NCBI GenBank assembly: GCA_005222975.1
Contig: NJBI01000005.1
Span: 1-64,000, forward strand
DNA: 64,000 nt
From: Promethearchaeota archaeon Loki_b31
GTDB taxonomy: Archaea > Asgardarchaeota > Lokiarchaeia > Sigyniarchaeales > SOKP01
Direction of reading: 5' to 3'
The number at the start of each line of letters is the position of its first letter. Positions within the stretch are counted from its first letter, which is position 1. The notes under the pieces are model-generated. The model searched no databases and was not told the DNA's origin. It worked only from the letters and a program-made list of their open reading frames with translations. A program made the translations under genes and the position numbers. This document shows positions 29,442-39,271 of the stretch, piece by piece.

Positions 29442-29653
29442 CTTTTTTTTTAAATTTATAATTATTAGCTATATAATCTAGGAAGAAATATTTAAATGCA
29501 AACATGTCAGAAGATTTAAAAGTGAATTTTTTAAGTTTTCTGTATTTTAAATCCTTCAATTTTAAGATATATTAGAATATAAGAAAAAATTCGGTTTAAG
29601 ATGTATTATAATAACAAACGATACGAATAATATTTCATTACTAGAGTAGGAAA

Positions 29654-30694
29654 TTATAAATTAATCAAACAATATTCCACAAACTTTATAGGATCTAAAG
29701 CACATCCGCTTGAATCAAGCCCCCCGAGCTGGTCAAGCAAATTTTGGAGAATATTATTTCCGTTAAGCCACAAATCCTTTAAATTCATTAAAGATTCTAG
29801 CCCTTTTATCTGATTAATTTGATTATTTCCCAAGTCTAATGTCTCTAAATTTTGAAGAGTCTCAAGTCCCTTTATGAAAGTAATCTCGTTCCCCGAAAGA
29901 AATAACTTATTTAATTTCGTTAACGAATATAATCCGTTAATCTCGTGAATTTTATTATCTTTTAAATTCAAAACTTGTAAATTTTTACAGTTATCTAGAC
30001 CTTTAATCAGTTCAATTTGGTTTGCCGTAATCCACAACGTTTCTAACTGAGTAAGAGAATCTAAACCTTTTAATTCTTGTATTTGGTTATCATTTAGATA
30101 TAATTCCTTTAAATTTTTCAGATTTTTAAGCCCCTTAATGCCAGTTATTTGATTACCTGCCGTATTCAAAACTTTCAAATTTTTTAGATCTTCAAGTCCT
30201 TTAAGTTTTGTTAGCTGATTTCCAGCAAGCCAAAATACTTCTAAATTCTGTAATTCAAGCCCTTCTACATTACTAATTAAGTTCCAAGACAAATCTAATT
30301 TTTGAAGCGAAGTTAAAGAATTAAGCCCGCTCAACTGATTAATTTGATTCCCTCTTAAATATAATTCATTTAACTCAGTAAGATTATCTAGCCCATTTAT
30401 TTCTGTAATTTGATTTGATGCTAAATGCAAGATTTTTAGGTTTACTAATTCTTCTAATCCCGAAATTTCGGTAAGATTATTGCTTCCACAATTTAATATT
30501 TCTAGGTTCTGAAGCGTTTCTAATCCTTTTATTTCCGTAATCTCATTTGAACTAAGTTCTAGATGAGTTATATCAACTTTGTCTAAACCTTCAATTTCAG
30601 AGATATCTTTAATTTCTAATAAACCAAGATCTAGAAAACCATCCTTAATTTCAAATTTTTCGTTCTTATATTCAACAAATTTCATGCGCTTCAC
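29654..30694 (-). CDS. Leucine-rich repeat protein, SDS22-like
   Basis: About 13 repeats of the 22-aa LxxLxLxxNxIxxIxGLxxLxN unit. Confidence 0.93.
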   Translation of the reverse strand: MKRMKFVEYKNEKFEIKDGFLDLGLLEIKDISEIEGLDKVDITHLELSSNEITEIKGLETLQNLEILNCGSNNLTEISGLEELVNLKILHLASNQITEINGLDNLTELNELYLRGNQINQLSGLNSLTSLQKLDLSWNLISNVEGLELQNLEVFWLAGNQLTKLKGLEDLKNLKVLNTAGNQITGIKGLKNLKNLKELYLNDNQIQELKGLDSLTQLETLWITANQIELIKGLDNCKNLQVLNLKDNKIHEINGLYSLTKLNKLFLSGNEITFIKGLETLQNLETLDLGNNQINQIKGLESLMNLKDLWLNGNNILQNLLDQLGGLDSSGCALDPIKFVEYCLINL

Positions 30695-30876
30695 TTGAAT
30701 AAAAAATTCGGTTATTTTTCAAATTGATATCTCTGAGATTTATATTAAATTATTTAAAATTTATAGTTTTACGTTATATTCCTTACTTTTTTAAATATCA
30801 ATCAAAATTTAAGCGTACTTTTTTCCTATAATTTCAAACTTTAAAATAAATCGCAACCTTTAACACTTGATTTGGA

Positions 30877-30987
30877 ATGTTATTTTGTTTGAAATGTAAA
30901 ACTAAAACAATTGGTACAGAAGAAGGTTACTACTATTGCAAAGTATGCAAAAAAATTACTCGCTTTTTTACGTTAAGATTCAAATGA
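30877..30987 (+). CDS. Zinc-ribbon microprotein (36 aa), not in ORF track
   Basis: MLFCLKCKTKTIGTEEGYYYCKVCKKITRFFTLRFK*, with two CxxC knuckles. Confidence 0.6.
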   Translation: MLFCLKCKTKTIGTEEGYYYCKVCKKITRFFTLRFK

Positions 30988-31095
30988 TAAATAGCTTTCG
31001 CTTAAATGTATATAATATACCCTTTTAGGAATGAGACGTACATAAAAATATTAGATGTGTGTTGACAACCCCCGCTAGGGTTTTAGGGTAACGGT

Positions 31096-32067
31096 TCAAA
31101 CACCAATGTGAAAATAAGATTCAATATTTTCGTCCATATTGCTTATCTCGTTAATTACCAATGAAAACTCTTCAGTAGAGATCCCTTTTCTGTTTATTAA
31201 TTTGCTCACTAAATGATAGTATTTCTCGTAAACTTCTACAGAAGCAAAATTTTTTAATTTTGAACTAAAAGAGTACAGATTCGAGTAAACTTCTTTAAAA
31301 TCACCTTCTATTAGTGTCCTTTCTCCGAAAGTATCTAAGGCTACTTTTAACGATTCCTTGGCTCGGTTTAGATAATATTTCAATCGTATTTTCTGGTCAT
31401 TGATCTCATTAGCTATAATTTTAGCCTTTTTTTGGTACTCTAAAAAGAATTCTTCGTCTTCTAACTTATCTGAGAGCTCTAGTATTAGTTTGCATAAGGA
31501 AAATTTTTTTAAAACATTATTTTCTTTTAGAAGGTTATTAATTATAATTGTTCTCTCGTTTTCTAAATCTTTTCTTTCGTCTCTTAGTTGATCTGAAATT
31601 TTTCCTCTCTGATCCCATATAGATTTTAAAAAATCTTTCTGTTTTTCAATTAATGCATTAGGATCTAATATTTTTCGATGGGAAAGTATGATATCATTAA
31701 TTTCTTTATCAAAATTTTCGAAATCTTCCGATTTGACAGCGTCAACTAAGAATAACTCTTTATAATTTAAAACGATATTTTTAAGCTTTGAACTTAACTT
31801 TTGAATTTCTTTTTTATCATCTTTTTCAGCGATTATCACTAAGTCAATGTTAGCTTCTAGTATCCTAATTATAGAAGCCATTAAATCTCCTAATCCAATT
31901 GTTTTTAATTCCTCTATACCCTCATTTACCATTTCAGAAACAAATAATTTTAATGCAGAAAAAAAAGAACCAAATAGGTCCATATGAGAATCAATATCTA
32001 CTTGAAACTCTTTCTCATAAAGTAATTCTCCTGATTCAATTTGATAAAGAAATAAAAAATAAAGCAT
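31096..32067 (-). CDS. Longin-like N-terminal domain + helical domain protein
   Basis: FLFLYQIESGELLYEKEF...LFGSFFSALKLFVSEM...LKTI is a longin pattern, followed by helical repeats. Confidence 0.7.
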   Translation of the reverse strand: MLYFLFLYQIESGELLYEKEFQVDIDSHMDLFGSFFSALKLFVSEMVNEGIEELKTIGLGDLMASIIRILEANIDLVIIAEKDDKKEIQKLSSKLKNIVLNYKELFLVDAVKSEDFENFDKEINDIILSHRKILDPNALIEKQKDFLKSIWDQRGKISDQLRDERKDLENERTIIINNLLKENNVLKKFSLCKLILELSDKLEDEEFFLEYQKKAKIIANEINDQKIRLKYYLNRAKESLKVALDTFGERTLIEGDFKEVYSNLYSFSSKLKNFASVEVYEKYYHLVSKLINRKGISTEEFSLVINEISNMDENIESYFHIGV

Positions 32068-32299
32068 AGGTTCATCAACTAAGGTTAAATAATAATTCTT
32101 TTAAATTCTCCTAAAAATAGTTATCTTTCATATAATTGTACAAGGATATTAAATTTGAGTGATAAAAATCATAATACACTATCTTTTTTTTAAATTATTA
32201 AAAAAAACAAATAAGTCTTATCTTTTATTTAAATAAGGCTTAGATAATTTCTATTTTATAATAAGAACATTTTAAAAGTTAATTCGTGATTAAAATACT

Positions 32300-32452
32300 A
32301 TGAACGCGGTAGTTTGTAAAGAATGTGGGTATTCGTTTTCCGATAAAGAACCTGATAAATATTTCTGTCCTAATTGCTCCAAAGAAATGAAATTTATGAA
32401 GATTGAAGCTTTCTGTGGTGCAAAACCCGGAGAACTCTATGAAAAAGATTAA
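32300..32452 (+). CDS. Zinc-ribbon/rubredoxin-like microprotein (50 aa), not in ORF track
   Basis: MNAVVCKECGYSFSDKEPDKYFCPNCSKEMKFMKIEAFCGAKPGELYEKD*. Confidence 0.7.
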   Translation: MNAVVCKECGYSFSDKEPDKYFCPNCSKEMKFMKIEAFCGAKPGELYEKD

Positions 32453-32601
32453 AATAAAAAAATTTATCTGAAATTAAAATTTTTCAACGATTTGCCATTC
32501 TTACTAGTTATTTTTAAGAACTAGTTGATTTTTATAGATTTTGGATATTGCCAGAAAATCTTAAGAATAAAATTATAAGTGTAACTACTTTCTTATATTC
32601 T

Positions 32602-33309
32602 ATGACTGAAGCATTATACATGAAAGATTCCTATTTAAAGAATTGGAACGCTAAAGTTGTTTCTGTAAAAGATGATAAATATATTATCCTTGATAAAACA
32701 GCTTTCTATCCTAAAGGAGGTGGCCAACCATGGGACGAGGGTTATATAATTAAAGACGGTGATAAATTTAAGGTTGTTTATGTAGGTAAATTTTCTGGGG
32801 AAATTAGCCACGAAGTAGAAAAACCGGGATTAAAAAAAGGAGACTTGGTTACATGCGAAATCGATTGGGAAAGGCGATATACCTATATGCGTTATCATAC
32901 TGCTTGCCATCTCGTCTCAAATCTACTATTCCGAAGAGCGAACGCTAAAATCACAGGCAACCAGATTGAATTAGATAAAGCAAGAATGGATTTCTCAATG
33001 GAGGATTATTCTCCTGAGAAATTACATACTTATGTTAATGAAGCAAATGAAATTATCCAAAAAAATCTACCTGTTACAATTGGTTATTTATCTCGAGAAG
33101 AGGTTTTACAAAAACCAGAACTAGCTAGATTAGCAATAGGATTACCGAAAAACATTAAGGAATTTCGTATTATTAAAATTGGAGATATAGACGAACAAGT
33201 AGATGGTGGAACGCATGTTAAAAATTTGAATGAAATTGGCGAAATTGAAATCATTAAAACTGTTAATAAAGGAAAAAATAATCGAAGAATGTATTTTGTT
33301 ATAAAGTAA
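32602..33309 (+). CDS. alaXM: AlaX-M alanyl-tRNA editing protein (ATG at 32602 preferred over track start 32548)
   Basis: LDKTAFYPKGGGQPWD, RYHTACH, DGGTHV (HxxxH...xxxxH Zn site). Confidence 0.9.
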   Translation: MTEALYMKDSYLKNWNAKVVSVKDDKYIILDKTAFYPKGGGQPWDEGYIIKDGDKFKVVYVGKFSGEISHEVEKPGLKKGDLVTCEIDWERRYTYMRYHTACHLVSNLLFRRANAKITGNQIELDKARMDFSMEDYSPEKLHTYVNEANEIIQKNLPVTIGYLSREEVLQKPELARLAIGLPKNIKEFRIIKIGDIDEQVDGGTHVKNLNEIGEIEIIKTVNKGKNNRRMYFVIK

Positions 33310-33313
33310 GAAA

Positions 33314-33859
33314 ATGATAAAAATAACTTATTTTGTTCACGGAACTACGACACAAAATGAGATGGGAGTAGCTGCGGGTTGGTTACCTGGTGATTTATCA
33401 ATTTTAGGATTAAAGCAATCAATTGAGTTAGGAAACATAGTATCAAATAAAAAATTCGAAGTAATATTTTCTTCTGATTTAAAAAGAGCTGTTGATACAG
33501 CTAATCTCGCATTTGGCAGTGAATTTCAAATAATTCAAGATAAGCGATTAAGAGAAGTTGATCTTGGTGATTTCACAAATAAACTTGTTTCTGAATTTCA
33601 ATCCAATTTTTCCGAATATATTAAAAAACCATTCCCTAATGGAGAAAGTTTTAAGGATGTTGAAACTAGGATTTCTAAGTTCTTAAGTTCCATAAGGAGA
33701 AAATATTCTGGAAAATATGTCGCTATCGTTGCTCATCGTGCACCTCAATTAGCGCTAGATGTAATTTTAAGAAGTAAAACATGGAGACAAGCGATTGCTG
33801 AAGATTGGAGGCTAACCAAATCTTGGAAACCCGGTTGGGAATACTATATTCGAGAATAG
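33314..33859 (+). CDS. Histidine phosphatase (phosphoglycerate mutase-like)
   Basis: FVHG, SSDLKRA, RLREVDLG, PNGES, IVAH. Confidence 0.88.
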   Translation: MIKITYFVHGTTTQNEMGVAAGWLPGDLSILGLKQSIELGNIVSNKKFEVIFSSDLKRAVDTANLAFGSEFQIIQDKRLREVDLGDFTNKLVSEFQSNFSEYIKKPFPNGESFKDVETRISKFLSSIRRKYSGKYVAIVAHRAPQLALDVILRSKTWRQAIAEDWRLTKSWKPGWEYYIRE

Positions 33860-33874
33860 AAAAAAATTATTTAA

Positions 33875-34315
33875 TTAAAAAAAGATTCTAAGAAAATTAT
33901 CCACCACTTCAATTGTTTGATCTTCCCTACCTGACTTAGGAAAAACCTTATTTAATAAATAAGTTTCAATTTCCATCACATCAAGACCGACTAGCTTATT
34001 TTCTGCTGTTTTTATTATGTTGTTAATAATTTTAGCAGCACTAATGATAGTTGATTGATCAAGTCCTAGAACATTTCTAAATCGAGAAGCAATAATTTCT
34101 TTTAAAGCACCAACATCTACATCAAAGGACAGATAAAAATTTGATTTCAATGTATCCTTTAGGATTTGATTTAATTTATCTAGCATTTGTGAAGTTTCTG
34201 CTTTGGGTATGAATTTAACACCGTTTCTTTCCATTTTATCATAGAACTCAACAAATTCTACAATTCTTGGATCATTTAAAGCTCGATATTTTTGATCTGG
34301 ATAATCTTGACATCC
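33875..34315 (-). pseudogene. 3' fragment of an arginase/ureohydrolase family gene
   Basis: The frame extends upstream to GCQDYPDQKY... and contains FYLSFDVDVG and GLDVMEI. The N-terminal half is absent and the fragment ends at a junction near 34315. Confidence 0.7.
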
Positions 34316-34758
34316 TTTTAATTGGAGTCAATAAAAGTGAAATAGAAAATGATGAATTAAGGCAATTGTCTTTTATCTCCAATAGCATTGAGGGTTTTCT
34401 AATAAGAACAATTCCTCGGAGATTTTGGTGTAGAATAAGTTCCAATACATTACAACACAATTTTTCATTTGAATTTTTAGGAAATGCAATCTTTCATCTT
34501 TATCACCAAAAATTTGGAAATTTGATCAAAGCTATGGAAATATTCTTTATCAACACATATACAGATTCAATAGGACATTTCAAAGAAATCTCTTCCGAAA
34601 TAACAGCACAATTTGCCAAGAAATGGAAAGCCAAAATCGAAGAATGGAAAAAAAGGGTTGACTGTGAATATGCTTGGGCATGCCAAATTTGCCCCTATCG
34701 AGAAAACTGCTATTATGTTAAAGAAGTTCTAATTAAGAGAGAAGAATTAGGAAAATGA
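34316..34758 (+). pseudogene. 5'-truncated paralog of the ACS-beta-like gene 20491-21258
   Basis: ELRQLSFISN..EGF.IRTIPRRFWCR...CEYAWACQICPY. Similarity to 20491 starts abruptly at TTTTAATTGGAGTC (about 34316). Confidence 0.8.
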
Positions 34759-34835
34759 AAAATCTTGAAAAAAAACCATTAATCCTCGCAATTATCGGAA
34801 AAGGTGGTAAAAAAAACCAAACTTTATTGTACTGA
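34755..34835 (+). pseudogene. 5' stub of a second cooC gene
   Basis: MKNLEKKPLILAIIGKGG then diverges and stops; compare MKNQRKKPLIVAIVGKGGVGKT at 21282. Confidence 0.75.
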
Positions 34836-34857
34836 TTTCATCTAATTAATCTAATAA

Positions 34858-35835
34858 TTAAATGTTAAACATGTCGTCATACATATCGTCTTCTTCTCCC
34901 TCTTCTCCCTCTTCACCCTCTTCTAGTTCAACCCCGTACCAATATTGCTCTTGCGCTTTCGTCTTTCTTTTTATTTTCTTTCGTTCTTTGTATTTTGGTT
35001 TTTCGTCATAGCGTTTAGTATAAATTTTTTCGTATTTTGCTCTTAAAGCTTCTACATCTTCAACTTGTCCTATTTTCTCTTGTAAACCATCTTCAAAGAA
35101 ATAATTTCTTTTAAATTTTTTTGCTGGAATTCCTACGTAGATATAACCATCCTCGAGTTTTTGATCTACCGTTGTTATTGAATTAGCAGCTAAGACGCTT
35201 CTTTTTCCGATATAAGTACCAGGCATGATTATTGCGTGAGATCCAATTCTAACATCGTCTTCAATAATAGTTCTCTTAATTATGAGGAGATTACCGATAA
35301 TTACACTAGATTGTACAATTGCTCCTTGACCAACAACAACGTTTTTTCCGAACGAAATAAATTCAGTATCCACCCAGCCTTCAAATAAAGAGTTTGAAAA
35401 TTTTGTCTTTACACCGAACACTTTAAAGCAAATATTGTTTAAGAAAGGAAAAGGAAATCGATGACTTAACCAAAATGGCCATCTTTTTATTATATTCCTA
35501 ATACACCAATACCGATAATCCTTATCGCTTGGATGTCTTAAAAATATGCCAACTTGTGGCTTGTGAATGACATTAACGGCCATAAATAAGATTTTGGCAA
35601 TAAAAATTGCACTAAATACAAGGGTAATATACATTGGTAGAATTACAAGAGGTAGGAAAGTATAAAAGTGAATCGGTCTACTATAATTCCACAAAAATCG
35701 CCAATAAACCCAAAATTCTAAAAAAACAGGAATAAAACTGAACCAAACAATAATTAGATAGAAAAATAAATATCTTTTCTTTACTAAAACTGTCGGTATA
35801 AATGGACCTATGCGCATAGTATTAGGAATTGACAT
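34858..35835 (-). CDS. Membrane protein with left-handed beta-helix (hexapeptide) domain, module C, copy 1
   Basis: Two TM helices, then FGKNVVVGQGAIV / IEDDVRIGSHAII / IGKRSVLAANS and YVGIPAK; acidic EEG tail. Confidence 0.85.
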   Translation of the reverse strand: MSIPNTMRIGPFIPTVLVKKRYLFFYLIIVWFSFIPVFLEFWVYWRFLWNYSRPIHFYTFLPLVILPMYITLVFSAIFIAKILFMAVNVIHKPQVGIFLRHPSDKDYRYWCIRNIIKRWPFWLSHRFPFPFLNNICFKVFGVKTKFSNSLFEGWVDTEFISFGKNVVVGQGAIVQSSVIIGNLLIIKRTIIEDDVRIGSHAIIMPGTYIGKRSVLAANSITTVDQKLEDGYIYVGIPAKKFKRNYFFEDGLQEKIGQVEDVEALRAKYEKIYTKRYDEKPKYKERKKIKRKTKAQEQYWYGVELEEGEEGEEGEEDDMYDDMFNI

Positions 35836-35837
35836 TT

Positions 35838-37676
35838 CTACCCTTCATTATTTTCCGTTTTTATTAATTTCTTTTTATCCTCATCAATATTAACTTCGTG
35901 TGTCATCTCAACTTTCACTTGCTCGTCAACATCGCGCTTTATTATAATATCTCTTCTCTCTTCGGCATATTTATTTTCTTTAAGTTTAATTCCGGGAATT
36001 CCAAAATATATCCAATTTGGTTCTAAAATTTGATTATATGTAGTTGTACTGATAGCGCCCATAACCGAATCGTGTCCCATTATCGTGCCAGGCGCGATAG
36101 TGGTGTGACCACCAATCATAACATAATCGTCAAATATAACCTTTTTAATTATTAAGTATTTGCCGACTACCATTGAGGACATTATTGTTGCTCCTTGTCC
36201 AATTAAATTATTTCGCCCAAAGTTTACAAATTCGGCATCGCACCACGCATCGTTTAAATGACTCGAAAGATCCATATTTATTCCAAACCATTTAAACGCT
36301 ATTACATCTACCCAGGAAAATGGAGAATTTCTAATTAGCCAGAGGCTGATCTTTTTTAGTTCTGTTCTCAACATCCAAAACTCGTAATCTTTATCTCCAA
36401 TTTCAGCGATAAAAATACCTTCTCGCGGTTTATGTATTAAATTTACAAGAATTAAAAGCAATTTACTAAAAAATAACACTCCGAAGATGAATATGTACAA
36501 CATAGAAAAGATTGCGACTGGTAAAAACAAAATCATTATTAACCCAAAATATCGTGTACATTCATACCAATAAATCGCAACTAATAAACCGCTTAACCAG
36601 AAAATGGGAATATATACTGCCAAAAATTTAACATTTACTCTGCTAATAGCGCTACTAGTAGTAAAATCTAATGCTAGATCTTCTTTTGTAAGACTCTCTA
36701 TATCAACTGGTTCTTCTTTTTCCTGCTTAATCGTAAAATCTTCTTCAAGTTCTTCTTTAATTTTTTCTTTAGTTTTGTCTTTTTTATTTTTTGTAATAAA
36801 ATCATTAAGAGAATCGTTTCGCTCTAAGTCTTCAGGTGTCAAACCTAAATAATCCATAATTTTTTTTTTAAAAATTTTTCGCAGGGGGATTCCTACATAA
36901 TATTTCCCTCCTTTTAATACGCTGTGTTTCGTACATGAAGCTAAGGGTAATAAAAAAGAATCTTTGCCAATTTCGGTTCCTGGACCTATTTGATTCATCG
37001 CAGCGAGGGTAACGTTGTCTTTCAGCTTTATTTCGAAATAGGATATGTTCCCGAAGATGCCCTGCACTAAATGAGACGCTAACGTAGAGTTTACGCCGAT
37101 ATAACAGTTTTTCCCAACATCAATGAATTTATCTGATCCAACAGATTCTTCAATTGTGGACCCTTTTCCAATTTTGCTTGAGCGGGTAAAATTAAAAAAC
37201 CAATTGGAAAGCCAAGGGATCATTCCTTTGGTAAATACATTTTTTCCATATTTTATCATGAAACTTCTCATATGATAATAATTTGCCGTCTTACTTTGTA
37301 TGTTTCTTGGGATTATTCCATTTTTTGAAGGGGACATTTTTTCAGTAATACTCCAACACAATTTTGTTGCTAATCCAATGAATAATAGGTGTATAAGATA
37401 ACAAACTATTATTAAAAGCGGCATTAAAATCAATGAGAGGAGGGGATACAGTTCTGTGAAAAGCATAACAAAATTGCTGGTTTCTAAAAAGTATTTTCGA
37501 AAAATCATAAAAAAATATGCCATTAAGATAATACCAGGGATTATCCAAGAGGAATAGTAAATAACAGCAAATATCAATATGTAGATTTTAAATTGTATTT
37601 TCACGGTTTCTTTAATAACGGCTTCTTGAGAATCCTCTGATTCATCCAATGATTCTGGTTTTATTTTTTCAACCAT
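35838..37676 (-). CDS. Membrane protein with two TM+LbH modules (A-B fusion), copy 1
   Basis: The N-half matches 41897-42847 and the C-half matches 40983-41894; hexapeptide repeats in both halves. Confidence 0.85.
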   Translation of the reverse strand: MVEKIKPESLDESEDSQEAVIKETVKIQFKIYILIFAVIYYSSWIIPGIILMAYFFMIFRKYFLETSNFVMLFTELYPLLSLILMPLLIIVCYLIHLLFIGLATKLCWSITEKMSPSKNGIIPRNIQSKTANYYHMRSFMIKYGKNVFTKGMIPWLSNWFFNFTRSSKIGKGSTIEESVGSDKFIDVGKNCYIGVNSTLASHLVQGIFGNISYFEIKLKDNVTLAAMNQIGPGTEIGKDSFLLPLASCTKHSVLKGGKYYVGIPLRKIFKKKIMDYLGLTPEDLERNDSLNDFITKNKKDKTKEKIKEELEEDFTIKQEKEEPVDIESLTKEDLALDFTTSSAISRVNVKFLAVYIPIFWLSGLLVAIYWYECTRYFGLIMILFLPVAIFSMLYIFIFGVLFFSKLLLILVNLIHKPREGIFIAEIGDKDYEFWMLRTELKKISLWLIRNSPFSWVDVIAFKWFGINMDLSSHLNDAWCDAEFVNFGRNNLIGQGATIMSSMVVGKYLIIKKVIFDDYVMIGGHTTIAPGTIMGHDSVMGAISTTTYNQILEPNWIYFGIPGIKLKENKYAEERRDIIIKRDVDEQVKVEMTHEVNIDEDKKKLIKTENNEG

Positions 37677-37859
37677 TTTTTATCATGTGAAAAGTAATGA
37701 TAAGCTAATAGATAAATTCTTTTTATTATTTACTCAGTCAAATATTACACATTAGTAAAATAGATATGTTTTTTACTTTTTAAATTTATATTAACAACAA
37801 AACAGCCAAAACGATTAAGAGCTAACCTTAATATCACACAAACTAATAGAAAAAATAAC

Positions 37860-38258
37860 ATGAAGAATAGATGTGAAGATTGTGGAAATTGCTGTATCGA
37901 GACAGAGATGATTCTCTCTGACCAAGACATCGAAGCTATCGTTAGTAGTCATAAAACAACCTTAAGAAAAACAGATTTTGTACAAAAAAATGAAGATAAC
38001 TTTAATCAATTAAAAAATTTTAACGGACATTGCTTCTTTTTCGATGGAGAAACAAAATTATGTAAAATTTACGAGATAAGACCTCAAGGATGCCGATTTT
38101 ATCCTTTAATTTACGATTCAGATAAGAAATCATGTGTTTTTGATAGCGAATGTCCACGACCAGAACTTTTTTATCCAAATAAGAATACAGTTCGAAGAAC
38201 TTGCAAAAAGATAATAAGTTTCTTAGAGAACCAAGTAATTTTTTCTAAATTACGATAA
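37860..38258 (+). CDS. YkgJ family (CxxCxxCC) cysteine-cluster protein
   Basis: CEDCGNCC...CFFF...CKIYEIRPQGCRFYP. Confidence 0.88.
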   Translation: MKNRCEDCGNCCIETEMILSDQDIEAIVSSHKTTLRKTDFVQKNEDNFNQLKNFNGHCFFFDGETKLCKIYEIRPQGCRFYPLIYDSDKKSCVFDSECPRPELFYPNKNTVRRTCKKIISFLENQVIFSKLR

Positions 38259-39252
38259 TAGTTTTTATATAATCTCGGTTTTTCTCGTAAGAAACAAAAG
38301 CTTCTTGAATATAATTTAACGCATACTCTTTAGAAATTAATCCTTTAACCTTAACTTTTCCTGAACTTAACCCTTCAATAGCTTTATCAAAGGGACCACA
38401 TCTACTGCTGTAAATAGTAATTTCCCTGACCACAATATCGGTAAAATTAATTAGAGTTTCTAACCCGTGAGTACTTTTTATGTGGACTTTTCCACGCGTT
38501 TTACACGAAGAAACAACATCCTTTAGGGCATCTAGGTTTCCTGTAGTATCAACAACGATATCAGCTCCAATGTCTTTTGTTAATTCTCTAATTTCAGTTT
38601 GTATATCTTTTACATTCAAACGATTAATTGAATAGTGTGCGCCAAACTTTTTAGCTAAGGCAAGTTTTTTATCTGAACCGTCAATTACAATTAACTTTAA
38701 TCCTTTTAATAACGCAACTTGAGTTAGCAATAAGCCTAACTTTCCAAGACCAAAAATTGCAACAAATTTATCGTCTTTTTCTATAGGCATCATTTCAAAA
38801 GTTTGATAGGCTGCGGCTAACGGTTCGATAAAGGTAGCTTCTTCGTAAGAAATCTTTTTCGGTAATTCGTGTATCAAATAAGACTCGACAGCAATGAACT
38901 CCGCGAACGCTCCATTGATATCGATCCCTAAAGCTTTTCTAGAGATACATTGTGTAAACATGTCTCGTTTACAATAATAACATTCAAAATCAATGTTACT
39001 ATTAATTTCTGAAGTCACTCGTTTACCTAGCCAAGTGCGGGCTACATTTTTCCCTACTTCTACAATTTCACCAGCAAATTCGTGCCCTAATATGAGTGGG
39101 ATGGTAGTTGGAAGATATCCACTTACTATTGCTATATCCGTGCCACAAATTCCCACAGCTTTTACTTGGATTAAAACTTGAGAATCCTCAGGCTCAGGTT
39201 TAGACACTTCTTTAATAGCAATTTTGTGCCCATCAAATACAGCAGCTTTCAT
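38245..39252 (-). CDS. Zinc-dependent alcohol dehydrogenase (MDR, threonine-dehydrogenase-like); start probably MKAAVF at 39252
   Basis: GICGTD, LGHEFAG, IEPLA, GLGKLG. Confidence 0.9.
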   Translation of the reverse strand: MKAAVFDGHKIAIKEVSKPEPEDSQVLIQVKAVGICGTDIAIVSGYLPTTIPLILGHEFAGEIVEVGKNVARTWLGKRVTSEINSNIDFECYYCKRDMFTQCISRKALGIDINGAFAEFIAVESYLIHELPKKISYEEATFIEPLAAAYQTFEMMPIEKDDKFVAIFGLGKLGLLLTQVALLKGLKLIVIDGSDKKLALAKKFGAHYSINRLNVKDIQTEIRELTKDIGADIVVDTTGNLDALKDVVSSCKTRGKVHIKSTHGLETLINFTDIVVREITIYSSRCGPFDKAIEGLSSGKVKVKGLISKEYALNYIQEAFVSYEKNRDYIKTIIVI

Positions 39253-39271
39253 GTTTTGAATCTTTTTAAGA

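Noticed and set aside
31055-31095. GC-rich patch GTGTGTTGACAACCCCCGCTAGGGTTTTAGGGTAACGG as an IS end or telomere-like repeat
   Set aside because: No partner repeat or transposase was found and it is too short; it may be a terminator or an element scar.
34267-34315. Track start for ORF 34267
   Set aside because: These codons are the antisense of the arginase relic; homology to the paralog begins only at about 34316.
34861-34925. EEGEEGEEG acidic tail as a tubulin-like C-terminal tail
   Set aside because: Explained by a 9-bp microsatellite expansion and absent from the paralog at 40060.
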